Of a stretch of 64,000 bases of DNA, positions 19,418-28,800 are shown piece after piece. The DNA comes from Candidatus Berkelbacteria bacterium RIFCSPLOWO2_01_FULL_50_28 (GTDB taxonomy: Bacteria > Patescibacteriota > UBA1384 > 2-12-FULL-50-11). The stretch spans positions 160,753 to 224,752 of the forward strand of contig MEZX01000002.1 in the NCBI GenBank assembly GCA_001774395.1. Reading direction: 5' to 3'. The notes under the pieces are model-generated. The model was not told the origin of the DNA. It worked only from the letters and a program-made list of their open reading frames with translations, and made no database searches. The position numbers and the translations under genes are program-made. The number at the start of each line of letters is the position of its first letter. Position 1 is the stretch's first letter.

Positions 19418-19856
19418 CTCTGACCTCCTATGTGCACGGCCCGTTGGCCTCGCGGTCAGTATTGTCAAAGTAACTACTCTCGTCAAGAAAATGGGTCTCG
19501 CATGCGAGGCTTTGGCGTGATATTATCGAATTGCCTGTATGGGTACTCTTGGGAGGACTAATGCCTATGAATGTGCATCGGTTCCGCTGTTAGGGTCCGG
19601 ATTCCTCGGTGTTGCAGGGCAATCGCTCTGCGACGATACGTTCAGAGCGGCGGGTTGAAGGGATGCCCTCACCCGCCGCCGTACTTTTTCTGGGGGCTTA
19701 AATGGCAGGAAACTACGAATCTACACCGACAAAACGAAAGATGATGGCGGTGGGGATTCTTCTCTTTGTCGCCTTGGTCGTATTCGCTCGCGCGATGTCC
19801 GGCTAAGGCCTGATCCAAGCCTTGAGATGGCGGCCCGTGAAACGGCCGCCACATTT

Positions 19857-20369
19857 TTAGGCCGCCGAAACGTTTTCGAGGACGGCAACTTGGTCAAACG
19901 TTGGCGTATTAACGCTGTCTTTGAACACGACGTTCTCCGGAGTGATAGCGACGAGAAATTGTCGCGGTATCAGCCGTTCATTGAACAGTTTTCGGAGCGC
20001 AAAACGGACAATTATGCCGGAGCTTGAATCGAATATAACGTCACACACCCGGCCGAGCGGCGCGCCCGACTCGGTCCTGGCATTCACCCCTAGTACCGGA
20101 CCAGTGCGGTGTCCAATTTCTTCCAGCTCTTTTTGGGGCTCTTGGAGCGCTGTTTCGCCGTCAACAAACGCTGCGCGTCGGTCGAGCGAGAGGATGTCGG
20201 TATAAAGAAGATATTTTTTCTTGCGCGAGGCGATGGATGATCGTTTGCAAACACACGCCACTAAGCCAGCGTGGCGATTATCAAAAACGAGTCGTTGGAC
20301 GCTGCCAAGTAGCGTTCCTCGGCTACTGCGAACGTCTAACCCTAATACTGCGGTCGCCTCAATAACCAT
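19857..20369 (-). CDS. Putative PRC-barrel-domain protein (170 aa, two PRC-like halves)
   Basis: AVLGLDVRSSRGTLLGSVQRLVFDNRHAGLVA and GVNARTESGAPLGRVCDVIFDSSSGIIVRFAL resemble the PRC-barrel pattern. Confidence 0.45.
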   Translation of the reverse strand: MVIEATAVLGLDVRSSRGTLLGSVQRLVFDNRHAGLVACVCKRSSIASRKKKYLLYTDILSLDRRAAFVDGETALQEPQKELEEIGHRTGPVLGVNARTESGAPLGRVCDVIFDSSSGIIVRFALRKLFNERLIPRQFLVAITPENVVFKDSVNTPTFDQVAVLENVSAA

Positions 20370-20521
20370 GTACTTCTAGATTAGCAAAACTCTTGCCGCT
20401 ACTCTACAATAATTGTTAGGGAGGGAACACGTCTAAAGAGCGGCTTTACTTTCGTTATAAGGTTAAAGATGAACACGGCAAGACCCGCGCTGGTCGTGCG
20501 GCGGCGAGTAATGCCTCTCAA

Positions 20522-21634
20522 GTGCGGCGACTTCTGCAAGGGCGCGGCTACACAATAATTGGCATCGTTCAGGAAAAGGGCTTCTTCCAGAATCTGGCCC
20601 TTGGGAAAGTTTCCGCCAAAGATCGCTCTGTGATGTACAAGGAGCTGGCCACGATGCTAAAAGCCGGCGTCAGCATCACCCAGGCAATCGAGATCGTGGC
20701 CGAAACGCCGAACAAAAAATTACAGAAAGTGTTGCGAGAAGTATCGACCAGTTTGGAGAACGGCTTTCCGCTCTCAGTAGCGATGTCGGGGCATCCAAAA
20801 ATATTTCCTATCGTCGAAACAGGAGTGGTGCGAGCCGGTGAAGCAACCGGAAATTTAGTGAAGGTGCTCCAAGAGCTGGCCATCACTACCGAACGCTCGG
20901 CTAATTTTAGCGGCAAGGTGAAAGGCGCAATGATCTACCCGGCCTTTATTGTGGTGGTGATGATTGTGGTTGGAGCGATAATTCTGACCAAAGTTATCCC
21001 GCCGATCAAAGATATCTTCTCTACCCAGGGAGCGGAGCTACCGTTAAGTACGCGGATGCTTATCGCTATGGCAGAAGGGTTGATCAATTATTGGGGCTGG
21101 ATAATCTTGGCTGTCATTTTGTTCGTGGTCATAATCAAACTATTTCTCATTACCAAGCCGGGTAAACGAACCTCGAGCGTCTTGGCTCTGAACTTTCCGG
21201 TTTTTGGCACACTGATGCGCCAGGTTTACTTAGCGCAATTTAATCGGACGATGACGCTGCTGGTGGGTGCGGGCGTGCCAATTATTGAGGCGGTAGAAAT
21301 CGTGACGGACTCGACGACCAACGTCATCTTTCGTGACGCGCTAACTGGTTTAATGCACTCGTTGGAACAAGGCTCGCCAATTTCAGTCTCGCTACAAGGC
21401 AGTAAGTACTTCCCTAAGCTCATGACGCAGCTGCTATTTGTTGGTCAACAGTCGGGCGATTTAGGGGGGACGACCCAAACTCTGGCGGAGTATTTCGAAG
21501 GCGAGGTAGATGTAAAACTGCGAACGTTCTCGTCGCTTCTGGAGCCGTTTATTATTACTATTTTAGGGCTGGCGGTGGGGTTCATTATCGTCTCGGTGCT
21601 GCAACCGATTTACAATTTAAGCTCGGCAATCTAA
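20522..21634 (+). CDS. pilC: Type IV pilus / T2SS inner-membrane platform protein PilC (GspF family). The conserved N-terminus appears to extend upstream to about 20429 with no canonical start codon
   Basis: GspF-domain sequence (YKELATMLKAGVSITQAIEIV...). The in-frame upstream ...ERLYFRYKVKDEHGKTRAGRAAASNASQ matches PilC N-termini. It is preceded by TAG-GGAGGG-aac-ACG. Confidence 0.85.
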   Translation: MRRLLQGRGYTIIGIVQEKGFFQNLALGKVSAKDRSVMYKELATMLKAGVSITQAIEIVAETPNKKLQKVLREVSTSLENGFPLSVAMSGHPKIFPIVETGVVRAGEATGNLVKVLQELAITTERSANFSGKVKGAMIYPAFIVVVMIVVGAIILTKVIPPIKDIFSTQGAELPLSTRMLIAMAEGLINYWGWIILAVILFVVIIKLFLITKPGKRTSSVLALNFPVFGTLMRQVYLAQFNRTMTLLVGAGVPIIEAVEIVTDSTTNVIFRDALTGLMHSLEQGSPISVSLQGSKYFPKLMTQLLFVGQQSGDLGGTTQTLAEYFEGEVDVKLRTFSSLLEPFIITILGLAVGFIIVSVLQPIYNLSSAI

Positions 21635-21663
21635 GCTAAATGATGATGGGAGTACTACATTTG

Positions 21664-22554
21664 ATGGCAAAGCGACGGGGCTTTACACTCATTGAGATGC
21701 TGGTGGTTATTACCATCATTGGCATCCTTATTACCCTGATTGTTGGGGTGATCGGGCCGATACAGCGCAAGAGTCGCGATACCAAAAGAAAGTCGGAGAT
21801 CGCTCTGTTTCTGGGTGGCTTGAACGAATTCAAAGCCGATTTCAAGATTTACCCGAATTTCACCATGTACCTTGGCTCGTACGGCACTTCCGGTAACGGC
21901 GGCGAAAACTCTAACTTTGCTCTCTCCTCGACTATTCCGCAGTGCAACGGCTTGCCGGCTAACGCGGGGCAGACAGCCTCGTTTGCCGATTTGAGCTCGG
22001 TCTTTCCACCAACCACCACCCCAACAGCCGCCCAAATTGACGCTAATCCGGTTATCTTGAAAGAGGGGTCAGTTCTACCGGCTGGCTCGAGTTTCTCTTC
22101 GGTCAATCACTTCCTGGTGTGTTTGCGCTACTTAGACCGAGTTGTGGCTGATGTTAGTAAGACTGGCGCCTTGGGTTATCAGGTTAGATTCTCTTACGAT
22201 TTTTCAGACGTTTTGGTTAGTGCCGAAATGGAGAACGCCAGCGACCCGGACGCCAAGACGCTCTACAACGCCGCGGCGCCAAAACGCTATTACCAAGGTT
22301 CGGGGCTAAATATTCGTCAGCTAGACGAAGATAGCAATATCAGTAGCTTCTACTCCGGTTTATCGGGGACTATCAGCGACGGAATGTATCTGTATCAGTG
22401 CCTGAAAAAAGCCCTTCCAGCAGGAGAAGCGATAATAACCGATGACCGTTCTGGCTCCACTTACGATCCGATTATCTACTCTGGTAGCGCTTGGGCAAAA
22501 AATACTGCCTGTCAAGATGCTTCAGGAGGGCTGAATGTCGTCCGTGCGTACTAA
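21664..22554 (+). CDS. Prepilin-type (class III signal peptide) pilin/pseudopilin, about 296 aa
   Basis: MAKRRGFTLIEMLVVITIIGILITL (G|FTLIE prepilin peptidase site). Confidence 0.75.
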   Translation: MAKRRGFTLIEMLVVITIIGILITLIVGVIGPIQRKSRDTKRKSEIALFLGGLNEFKADFKIYPNFTMYLGSYGTSGNGGENSNFALSSTIPQCNGLPANAGQTASFADLSSVFPPTTTPTAAQIDANPVILKEGSVLPAGSSFSSVNHFLVCLRYLDRVVADVSKTGALGYQVRFSYDFSDVLVSAEMENASDPDAKTLYNAAAPKRYYQGSGLNIRQLDEDSNISSFYSGLSGTISDGMYLYQCLKKALPAGEAIITDDRSGSTYDPIIYSGSAWAKNTACQDASGGLNVVRAY

Positions 22555-23863
22555 AAAACGGTCCGGTTATTCCCTCATTGAGATGATGGTTGTTTTGGGG
22601 GTTATTGTGATGATCGGCATCGTTAGTCTGCCGAACATTTTTTCGCAGAACGAACGCGCCAGCCTGGACAGCAGCGCCCAGATGATCCGTCAGGTAATAA
22701 TTGACGCCTACACTCGATCGCTGGCGCCGACACGCAACGACGAATCTCGAACAGGGCAGATCTACCAAGTAGCGTTTGGCAACTTTATAACCGGTCAGCC
22801 GAAACAACAGGGCGAATTCTTCGAGGTCAGCGGTAATACCGGCACCAATAAGGTGTGGCTTGAACGGGGCCTGGCGCGCTGCGACTCTGGCGACGTACAG
22901 GGAGCGTTCTCGACTTTAAAGTCAATTACCCTGCCGCGCGGGATATTTGTCTCCAGCTTCTTTCCTAGTGATCAGCCTAACACCGAAGCAAAGTCGGTGA
23001 TCCGCTTTAGTGCTGGGGTAGAGGGCTTTCAATGCGGTAGCTACACCAAGCCCAACATCAAATCAGACAACTACCGCAACGATTTCGGATGGACTGGTGA
23101 GGATAAGAGCTTGAATCAAAAGGCCTACGCTCGTTACTTGGTAATTGAGCTTAGCGCCAACAAGATTCCCGAACACCGCTACGTTATTATGGACCGTCTA
23201 ACGAAAGAGGTTTCGGCGGTTAATTCCAACCCGCAGAGCTACTTTGCCTCGGATGGGGATAGCGCTGTACCGAAGTGGACGAGTATCAGTAACGATGACG
23301 ATATGACGCTTTCGATCGAGTGTCGAGCCAACGATGCCGATATGCTGCTGACCTTCAAACGGGCCGAAGATCGTCCTAGTGCCACCGAGAACCCCGATCC
23401 GAACCTAGCAGTTTACTACGACATCGACTGGGATTTGCATAACGGCTCTGGCTACGTGCCGCTTTCACTTAAATATTTCTACGATCTTGGCCGTAATGAG
23501 GTTAAGTTCAGTTTTACCACAACTGCCATGTCGGTTGCTTCTCGTCCCGCAAAAATTGGCATTCAGCTCAAAGCCCAGGACGAATTTGCAAATATGCAGC
23601 TGGAGAGCACTCCAGCCGATCCGCTACTACGCTGGTGGCAGAAAGATTTCATCCCTTCCTGCGGGGATCTGCCGGTAACAGAGGTGGAGGAATCCCCACC
23701 TAGCCCAATTCCACCGCAAGGTGACCCGGGCGGTGAAGCTCTGTCGTGCGGCCCGACTGCTTGGCAGCCGCACAATTGGCTTCTTGGTATTGCTTCAAAA
23801 CTTGGGTTGGTGGAGCGGACTTTTGCGCTTGTTGAAAGTGCATGTGACGATGTGGCGCTATGA
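22535..23863 (+). CDS. Prepilin-type minor pilin-like protein, 442 aa
   Basis: KRSGYSLIEMMVVLGVIVMIGIV; overlaps the upstream gene by 20 nt. Confidence 0.75.
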   Translation: MSSVRTKKRSGYSLIEMMVVLGVIVMIGIVSLPNIFSQNERASLDSSAQMIRQVIIDAYTRSLAPTRNDESRTGQIYQVAFGNFITGQPKQQGEFFEVSGNTGTNKVWLERGLARCDSGDVQGAFSTLKSITLPRGIFVSSFFPSDQPNTEAKSVIRFSAGVEGFQCGSYTKPNIKSDNYRNDFGWTGEDKSLNQKAYARYLVIELSANKIPEHRYVIMDRLTKEVSAVNSNPQSYFASDGDSAVPKWTSISNDDDMTLSIECRANDADMLLTFKRAEDRPSATENPDPNLAVYYDIDWDLHNGSGYVPLSLKYFYDLGRNEVKFSFTTTAMSVASRPAKIGIQLKAQDEFANMQLESTPADPLLRWWQKDFIPSCGDLPVTEVEESPPSPIPPQGDPGGEALSCGPTAWQPHNWLLGIASKLGLVERTFALVESACDDVAL

Positions 23864-24324
23864 TGAACACTAAACAACGCGGTTTTTCATTAATTGAGGT
23901 TCTTTTTGCCGTGTCGTTTTTGGTAATGGTGGGGGTAGCGATGGCAACGCTCAACGCTACCGCTAGTCGGTTGATTACTGGCACGGAAATCCGAGTGGAG
24001 GCCCAAGCGCTCAACGAACAGGCCCTAGCGTTCGTGGCGTTGCAAAGACGCACTATGGGCTCGGAATTTGCAACTAATTATTCTGGCTGTATCACTGGCA
24101 CAAAAGGGCCTAAAACTTGTTATGTATACTGTCCGCCAACACAGGTAGATGTCAGCTGCACCCTGACGCCGACCCGCAAGGCGACAACGCTTGGCATCAA
24201 CAAACTGCAATACGTTCCGTCTGTGCTCATTAAGACAACGGGTACAAAATATACTGTTATTGCTACTACCTCCTGGGGTAGCGGTATCAACCGTCAGATA
24301 ACGGCTAGCCAGCTGATCCAATGA
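23860..24324 (+). CDS. Prepilin-type minor pilin-like protein, 154 aa
   Basis: QRGFSLIEVLFAVSFLVMVGVAM; ATGA overlap with the upstream gene. Confidence 0.75.
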   Translation: MMNTKQRGFSLIEVLFAVSFLVMVGVAMATLNATASRLITGTEIRVEAQALNEQALAFVALQRRTMGSEFATNYSGCITGTKGPKTCYVYCPPTQVDVSCTLTPTRKATTLGINKLQYVPSVLIKTTGTKYTVIATTSWGSGINRQITASQLIQ

Positions 24325-25865
24325 GTCTTACAAGAAAAGGCAGTTTTACCCTCGTTGAGCTGATCGTTAGCGTCGCCTTGTTTATGGTTGCCATCACCGT
24401 GGCGCTTTACGCGACCGTTGGCACTCACGGTATCATTGCTCGCACGGAAGCTCGAGCGGTTGTGGCCGAGTCGAGTCGTTCGGTAAGCGACGCTATCCGG
24501 CGAATTACGGTTAACGCCCCAGTTGGGGGGATTGATTTGGTAGGCGGTCTGCAAAGCGGCGGCTATCCGGGTCTGCGCGCGCGGTCGTTTGCCAGCGGGG
24601 AATCGAGCAACATCTGTAGCATTATCGGCCGAGCCTTGGTTACCGTCGACAGTACGGGGAAAGAGCTTTTCGCCCTTGATCAAACGGGCTCAGCGATGGC
24701 GACTTGGATTTATGGCGTTGATGATGCCGGTCTCTGCCCAGCTCCTGGAACAAGCAGCCGTCTTCTCTTTCAAAATCGCCTGACCAACCGACAGACCAAG
24801 GTCACGAGCTTTTCGACGCAGCTACTCTCCATGAACTGTCAGAGCGGCTGTAGTACCAAGGAGCAGCTTCGTTATGTTCTGACTGTCGAAGAAAATACGG
24901 CCCTCGCTGGTCGGGCGTCGGAAACACGGCGGCCAAGCGTTCAGATTTCGGGTAGCGTCCCAATTGGATTAGTTGATGAGACTGTCGGCCTGCCGAACAT
25001 CGTGACGTCCGATCTGCCAGACGGTATCGTGGAAACAGCTTACAGCCAGACCTTAGTGGCGGGCGGCGGGACAACGCCGTACGCTTGGACACTGGTGTCT
25101 GGTGCACTGCCGAGCAATCTAACTCTCTCAAGCATCGGCGTAATCAGTGGCACGCCGCAAGCCGGCACGCAGGGTACTTACAATATCACCGTTCGGGTCA
25201 CTGACGATAACAGCAAAACCGATGATCAGTCCCTGATACTCCAAGTTAGCCCGGTTAACGGCGGTCCGCAACTGACCATTATAACTAACTCGCCGCTTAC
25301 TAATGGGACAGTAGGAACAGCTTACTCGGCCACGCTTCAAGGGGCTAATGGTAGCCAGCCGTATTCGTGGAGTAACCCGGGCGGCGGTTTACCAACTGGT
25401 CTAAGCCTAGCCTCTTCAACAGGCGTAATTAGCGGTACGCCAACGGTGGCTAACAACTACAGCTTCGTTATCCGCCTAACCGATAGCCAGCCGAGCTTTG
25501 TCGAGAAGACATTTAACATTCTGATTAGTGCGGGTAACCAACCGTTAACCATTACCACCACCTCCCCGCTGCCCAACGCCACGGCAACTTGTGCGTATTC
25601 ACAGCAGCTCTCAGCTACTGGAGGAACTCCGGGTTACAGCTGGGCTTTCGACGGTGTTTTGCCAATTCAACTTTCCTGGCTATCTATCAGTGCGGGAGGC
25701 CTACTAACTGGAACACCAACGATGGCAGGCGGGCCGTACACCTTTAGTGTACAAGTAACAGATTCGGGTACTCCAGTACCTGGTACCCAAACCAAGAGCT
25801 TCAACCTAACAATCGACCCGCTGTTGATGTCCTGTGGGGGCACTGGGGAAGAAGAGTTAGGATGA
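24321..25865 (+). CDS. Prepilin-type pseudopilin carrying four tandem putative-Ig (He_PIG/dystroglycan-type) repeats, 514 aa
   Basis: N-terminal KGSFTLVELIVSVALFMVAITV, then 4 units of about 95 aa (...PY.W.....LP.GL.L.S.TGVISGTP.......F.V.VTD...). Confidence 0.75.
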   Translation: MSLTRKGSFTLVELIVSVALFMVAITVALYATVGTHGIIARTEARAVVAESSRSVSDAIRRITVNAPVGGIDLVGGLQSGGYPGLRARSFASGESSNICSIIGRALVTVDSTGKELFALDQTGSAMATWIYGVDDAGLCPAPGTSSRLLFQNRLTNRQTKVTSFSTQLLSMNCQSGCSTKEQLRYVLTVEENTALAGRASETRRPSVQISGSVPIGLVDETVGLPNIVTSDLPDGIVETAYSQTLVAGGGTTPYAWTLVSGALPSNLTLSSIGVISGTPQAGTQGTYNITVRVTDDNSKTDDQSLILQVSPVNGGPQLTIITNSPLTNGTVGTAYSATLQGANGSQPYSWSNPGGGLPTGLSLASSTGVISGTPTVANNYSFVIRLTDSQPSFVEKTFNILISAGNQPLTITTTSPLPNATATCAYSQQLSATGGTPGYSWAFDGVLPIQLSWLSISAGGLLTGTPTMAGGPYTFSVQVTDSGTPVPGTQTKSFNLTIDPLLMSCGGTGEEELG

Positions 25866-28800
25866 CGACAAAAGGTAGCTCCGGCTCGGTGCTACTGCTC
25901 ACAGTGATGGTCCTGGCGGTTTTGACCACGACGACTTTCGGGGCGATCGCCGTGCGTTTTGATCAGCTTGCCGCAACGGATAAATTAACCAACTCAGCGG
26001 TTGCTAAACTGGCCGCTGACTCGGGTCTAGCCCAGCTGCGTGATAAGTTGATCAACAATCAGCCGGTCAGCCAGGCCTACTCTTACAACATCGAAACAGC
26101 CCAAGAGAATCAGATAGCCACAACCGCCGGCTATCGACCGAACCCCAGATCGTCGTACGCCACCTACGAACCAGCCAAAACTTCGCTGCCGCGCTGTATC
26201 GCCGCCGCCGTGCTGGATCCTTGGGTAAACAGCGGCAAGTATCTGTCGAAAGACGTTGCCAGCCCAACGCTAATTTTCTACTACGCCAACATCGTTAACG
26301 ACACGCCGTTGGGTATACTGCCAGCCAACGCGAACCTTTCAGTGAACGACAAGAAGATTCCGATCTCCGACGTCACCAGTATGGGTCACTTTTACAATCC
26401 GTTCGCGCCGTTGAACGCTACCCAAGATTCGCCCAGCTACTGGACGATCAAACTCGGTGGGCCGGACGACCAGTTCTTGACCCAGAAGGCCTCAAACAAC
26501 GTCGACTCGCTTTTCCGCGGCCTTGACGTCCTCTATAGCTATTATCTGCCCAGGCTGACTGACTCGGGTATCGCCGCGGGCGGCTCCCAGACGGGGTTAG
26601 ATCGAATTGATAGTGCTGATCTTACCGGTTTATTTGAAGACACGATTCGCAATAATAACTTCAAAGTTTGGCTTGACGCCTCAATTTCCGATACTTATCT
26701 CTACCAGTACGGATTAGGCGATCTGTTTGTTGCGAATTCGCAGTACCGCATAAAGTGGATGCAGCCCTCGCTCTGGAACGACTTGCCAGAAGCGGATGTG
26801 GCTGTGCCTTATAAATCAGACGATCTGGGCGCCTCGACGGTCTCGTGGACAAAGAAAGGCTTGCCGCTCCTGACGCCAGGAGCAGACATCGGCGGTTGGG
26901 GGGTATCTATCTTACGCGGCGCTTCTTCGTTTTCGTTTGTGCGCTTGAGCAGTGCCAGTAACGGCGTTGCTTTTAGCCCCGGTCAGACCATCGACGGGTT
27001 TGTTTACGGCGGCCTTGACGGTCTGCGGCTCAATTCACGCCTCAGCCTGCAGCTATTTACCAAAGTTGGCGGTCACGTCTCTTTGAAAAGTCGCGCTCAG
27101 GACCAAGGGAAACTTTACGGGGCTACCGTTACTCAGATTGGATCGGTCACTGCGCAAAATATCGCCATTAAGTTAAAACTAAGCAGCAACGACTACGAGA
27201 CGCCGACGCTCTCCTATTCCAGTGCTTACCCGACCGGCTCAATGATCGGCACAATCGCCTTGCTTGCCGCGCCGCAGTTCTCGACTAACAAGTCTCTCTC
27301 CTCGGCGACAGTCAAGGCCGATGGGGACGGCATAAATGCCAACATTACGGTGCAGAGTAACGGTAACTGCGTTGCTGTCGCGGGCAGCTTTACCGCCTGT
27401 CCGGCGGTGGGGGATCTTATCGGCCTGTCAAAATCTGGCCAAGATCCGCTTTGGGGGATGGTTGAGACGGTTAGTTTTACTGGTACAAACCTCGGTAGTT
27501 TTACGATAGACAAATTGCGACGGGGGCCAAAACCTACCCGCCATCAAGCAGTGACGTACTATACAGCCAACTCTAACCCGCGTATCGCCTACTTCGGCGG
27601 CGCGATCGATATGAACGATTACGACGGCGGTTACGCTTCAGAGAGTGCGGAACTGTGGATTTACGACCCAGAAGGCGACAGTTGGAGCTATCCGAATAAC
27701 CCTGGTGGCACGCCACCGGGACCGCGCGCCGGCGCTTCGATGGTCTACGATAACGTCAACGGTCGCTTGGTGGTTGTTGGTGGCTACTATCACGAGGCAG
27801 TGACTCCCGATGCCAACCCGGCCTTTGACTGTGAGATTAGCCAGCAGTCGTGCTTGTACACTAACCGGCCTCATTTTCGTATCGCCAAACGAATAGTTAA
27901 CGACGTCTATGCCTACAATATCGCCGGTAATTCCTGGGAGAAGATGAACTACACCTTTACCGGCGCGGCCCAAAAGATTGAGAACGGTGTCACCTACACC
28001 GCTCGAGTGGTCTCAACGCTGGCCAATCGAAGCGGGTTAGAAGGCTGGCGCCAGACGACGCTGATGGAGAACGCCTCGCCGCAGACTATCAACATTAACG
28101 GCGCGGCGACTAATATTGTTGTTAAGCCGTCCGCGGCCGGGCTGGCAATCGGGGACGAGCTGTATCTTTCCGGAAAGCTCACCGTTAGCGCCGCCTCATT
28201 CACTGCCTGGGGGAGGATAACCGGCATCAATTACGCCGCCAACAGTATCACCGTTACCGTGCGCGGCTATAAAAAAGCTGCTCCCACCGATCCAAACACA
28301 GTGACACTGAGTGATCTTTCGATGCAGGTCTTAAGTCGTCTCGGAAACGGCAACGGTCAAACTTGTACAGGAGTTGTTACTACCTCTTACTCTTGCAATT
28401 TCAGTAATATCACTGGTTTTGCCGTTGGCGACCAAGTGGTTCTGGAGAGATATGTTGGATCAGAAAATTTAACAGATGTTTTAAGCGGTTTTATCAGCTA
28501 CACCTCGGGTACGTCAGCCTATTTTGTGGCCGACGAACGCGACAGCGCCATCTTAGATTTCGCCGATCAGTCTCTGGGTCGCCCTAGCGGCGGCACGGCC
28601 GTCGCCTTCCCTGTTGGGCGTTACGGGGCAACGCTTGGGCAGGATCCAACTGCTGGCGACACAGATAAAGCGCTGTTGTATCAAGGGGCGTCGAAGAATT
28701 TTGCTGCTAATTTGCGTTTTAACGATGTCTGGCAGGCCAAATTCAACGCTGGCACTGGCACCGGCAGTATTGCCTGGACGCTGTTCAATTTGCAGAATCC

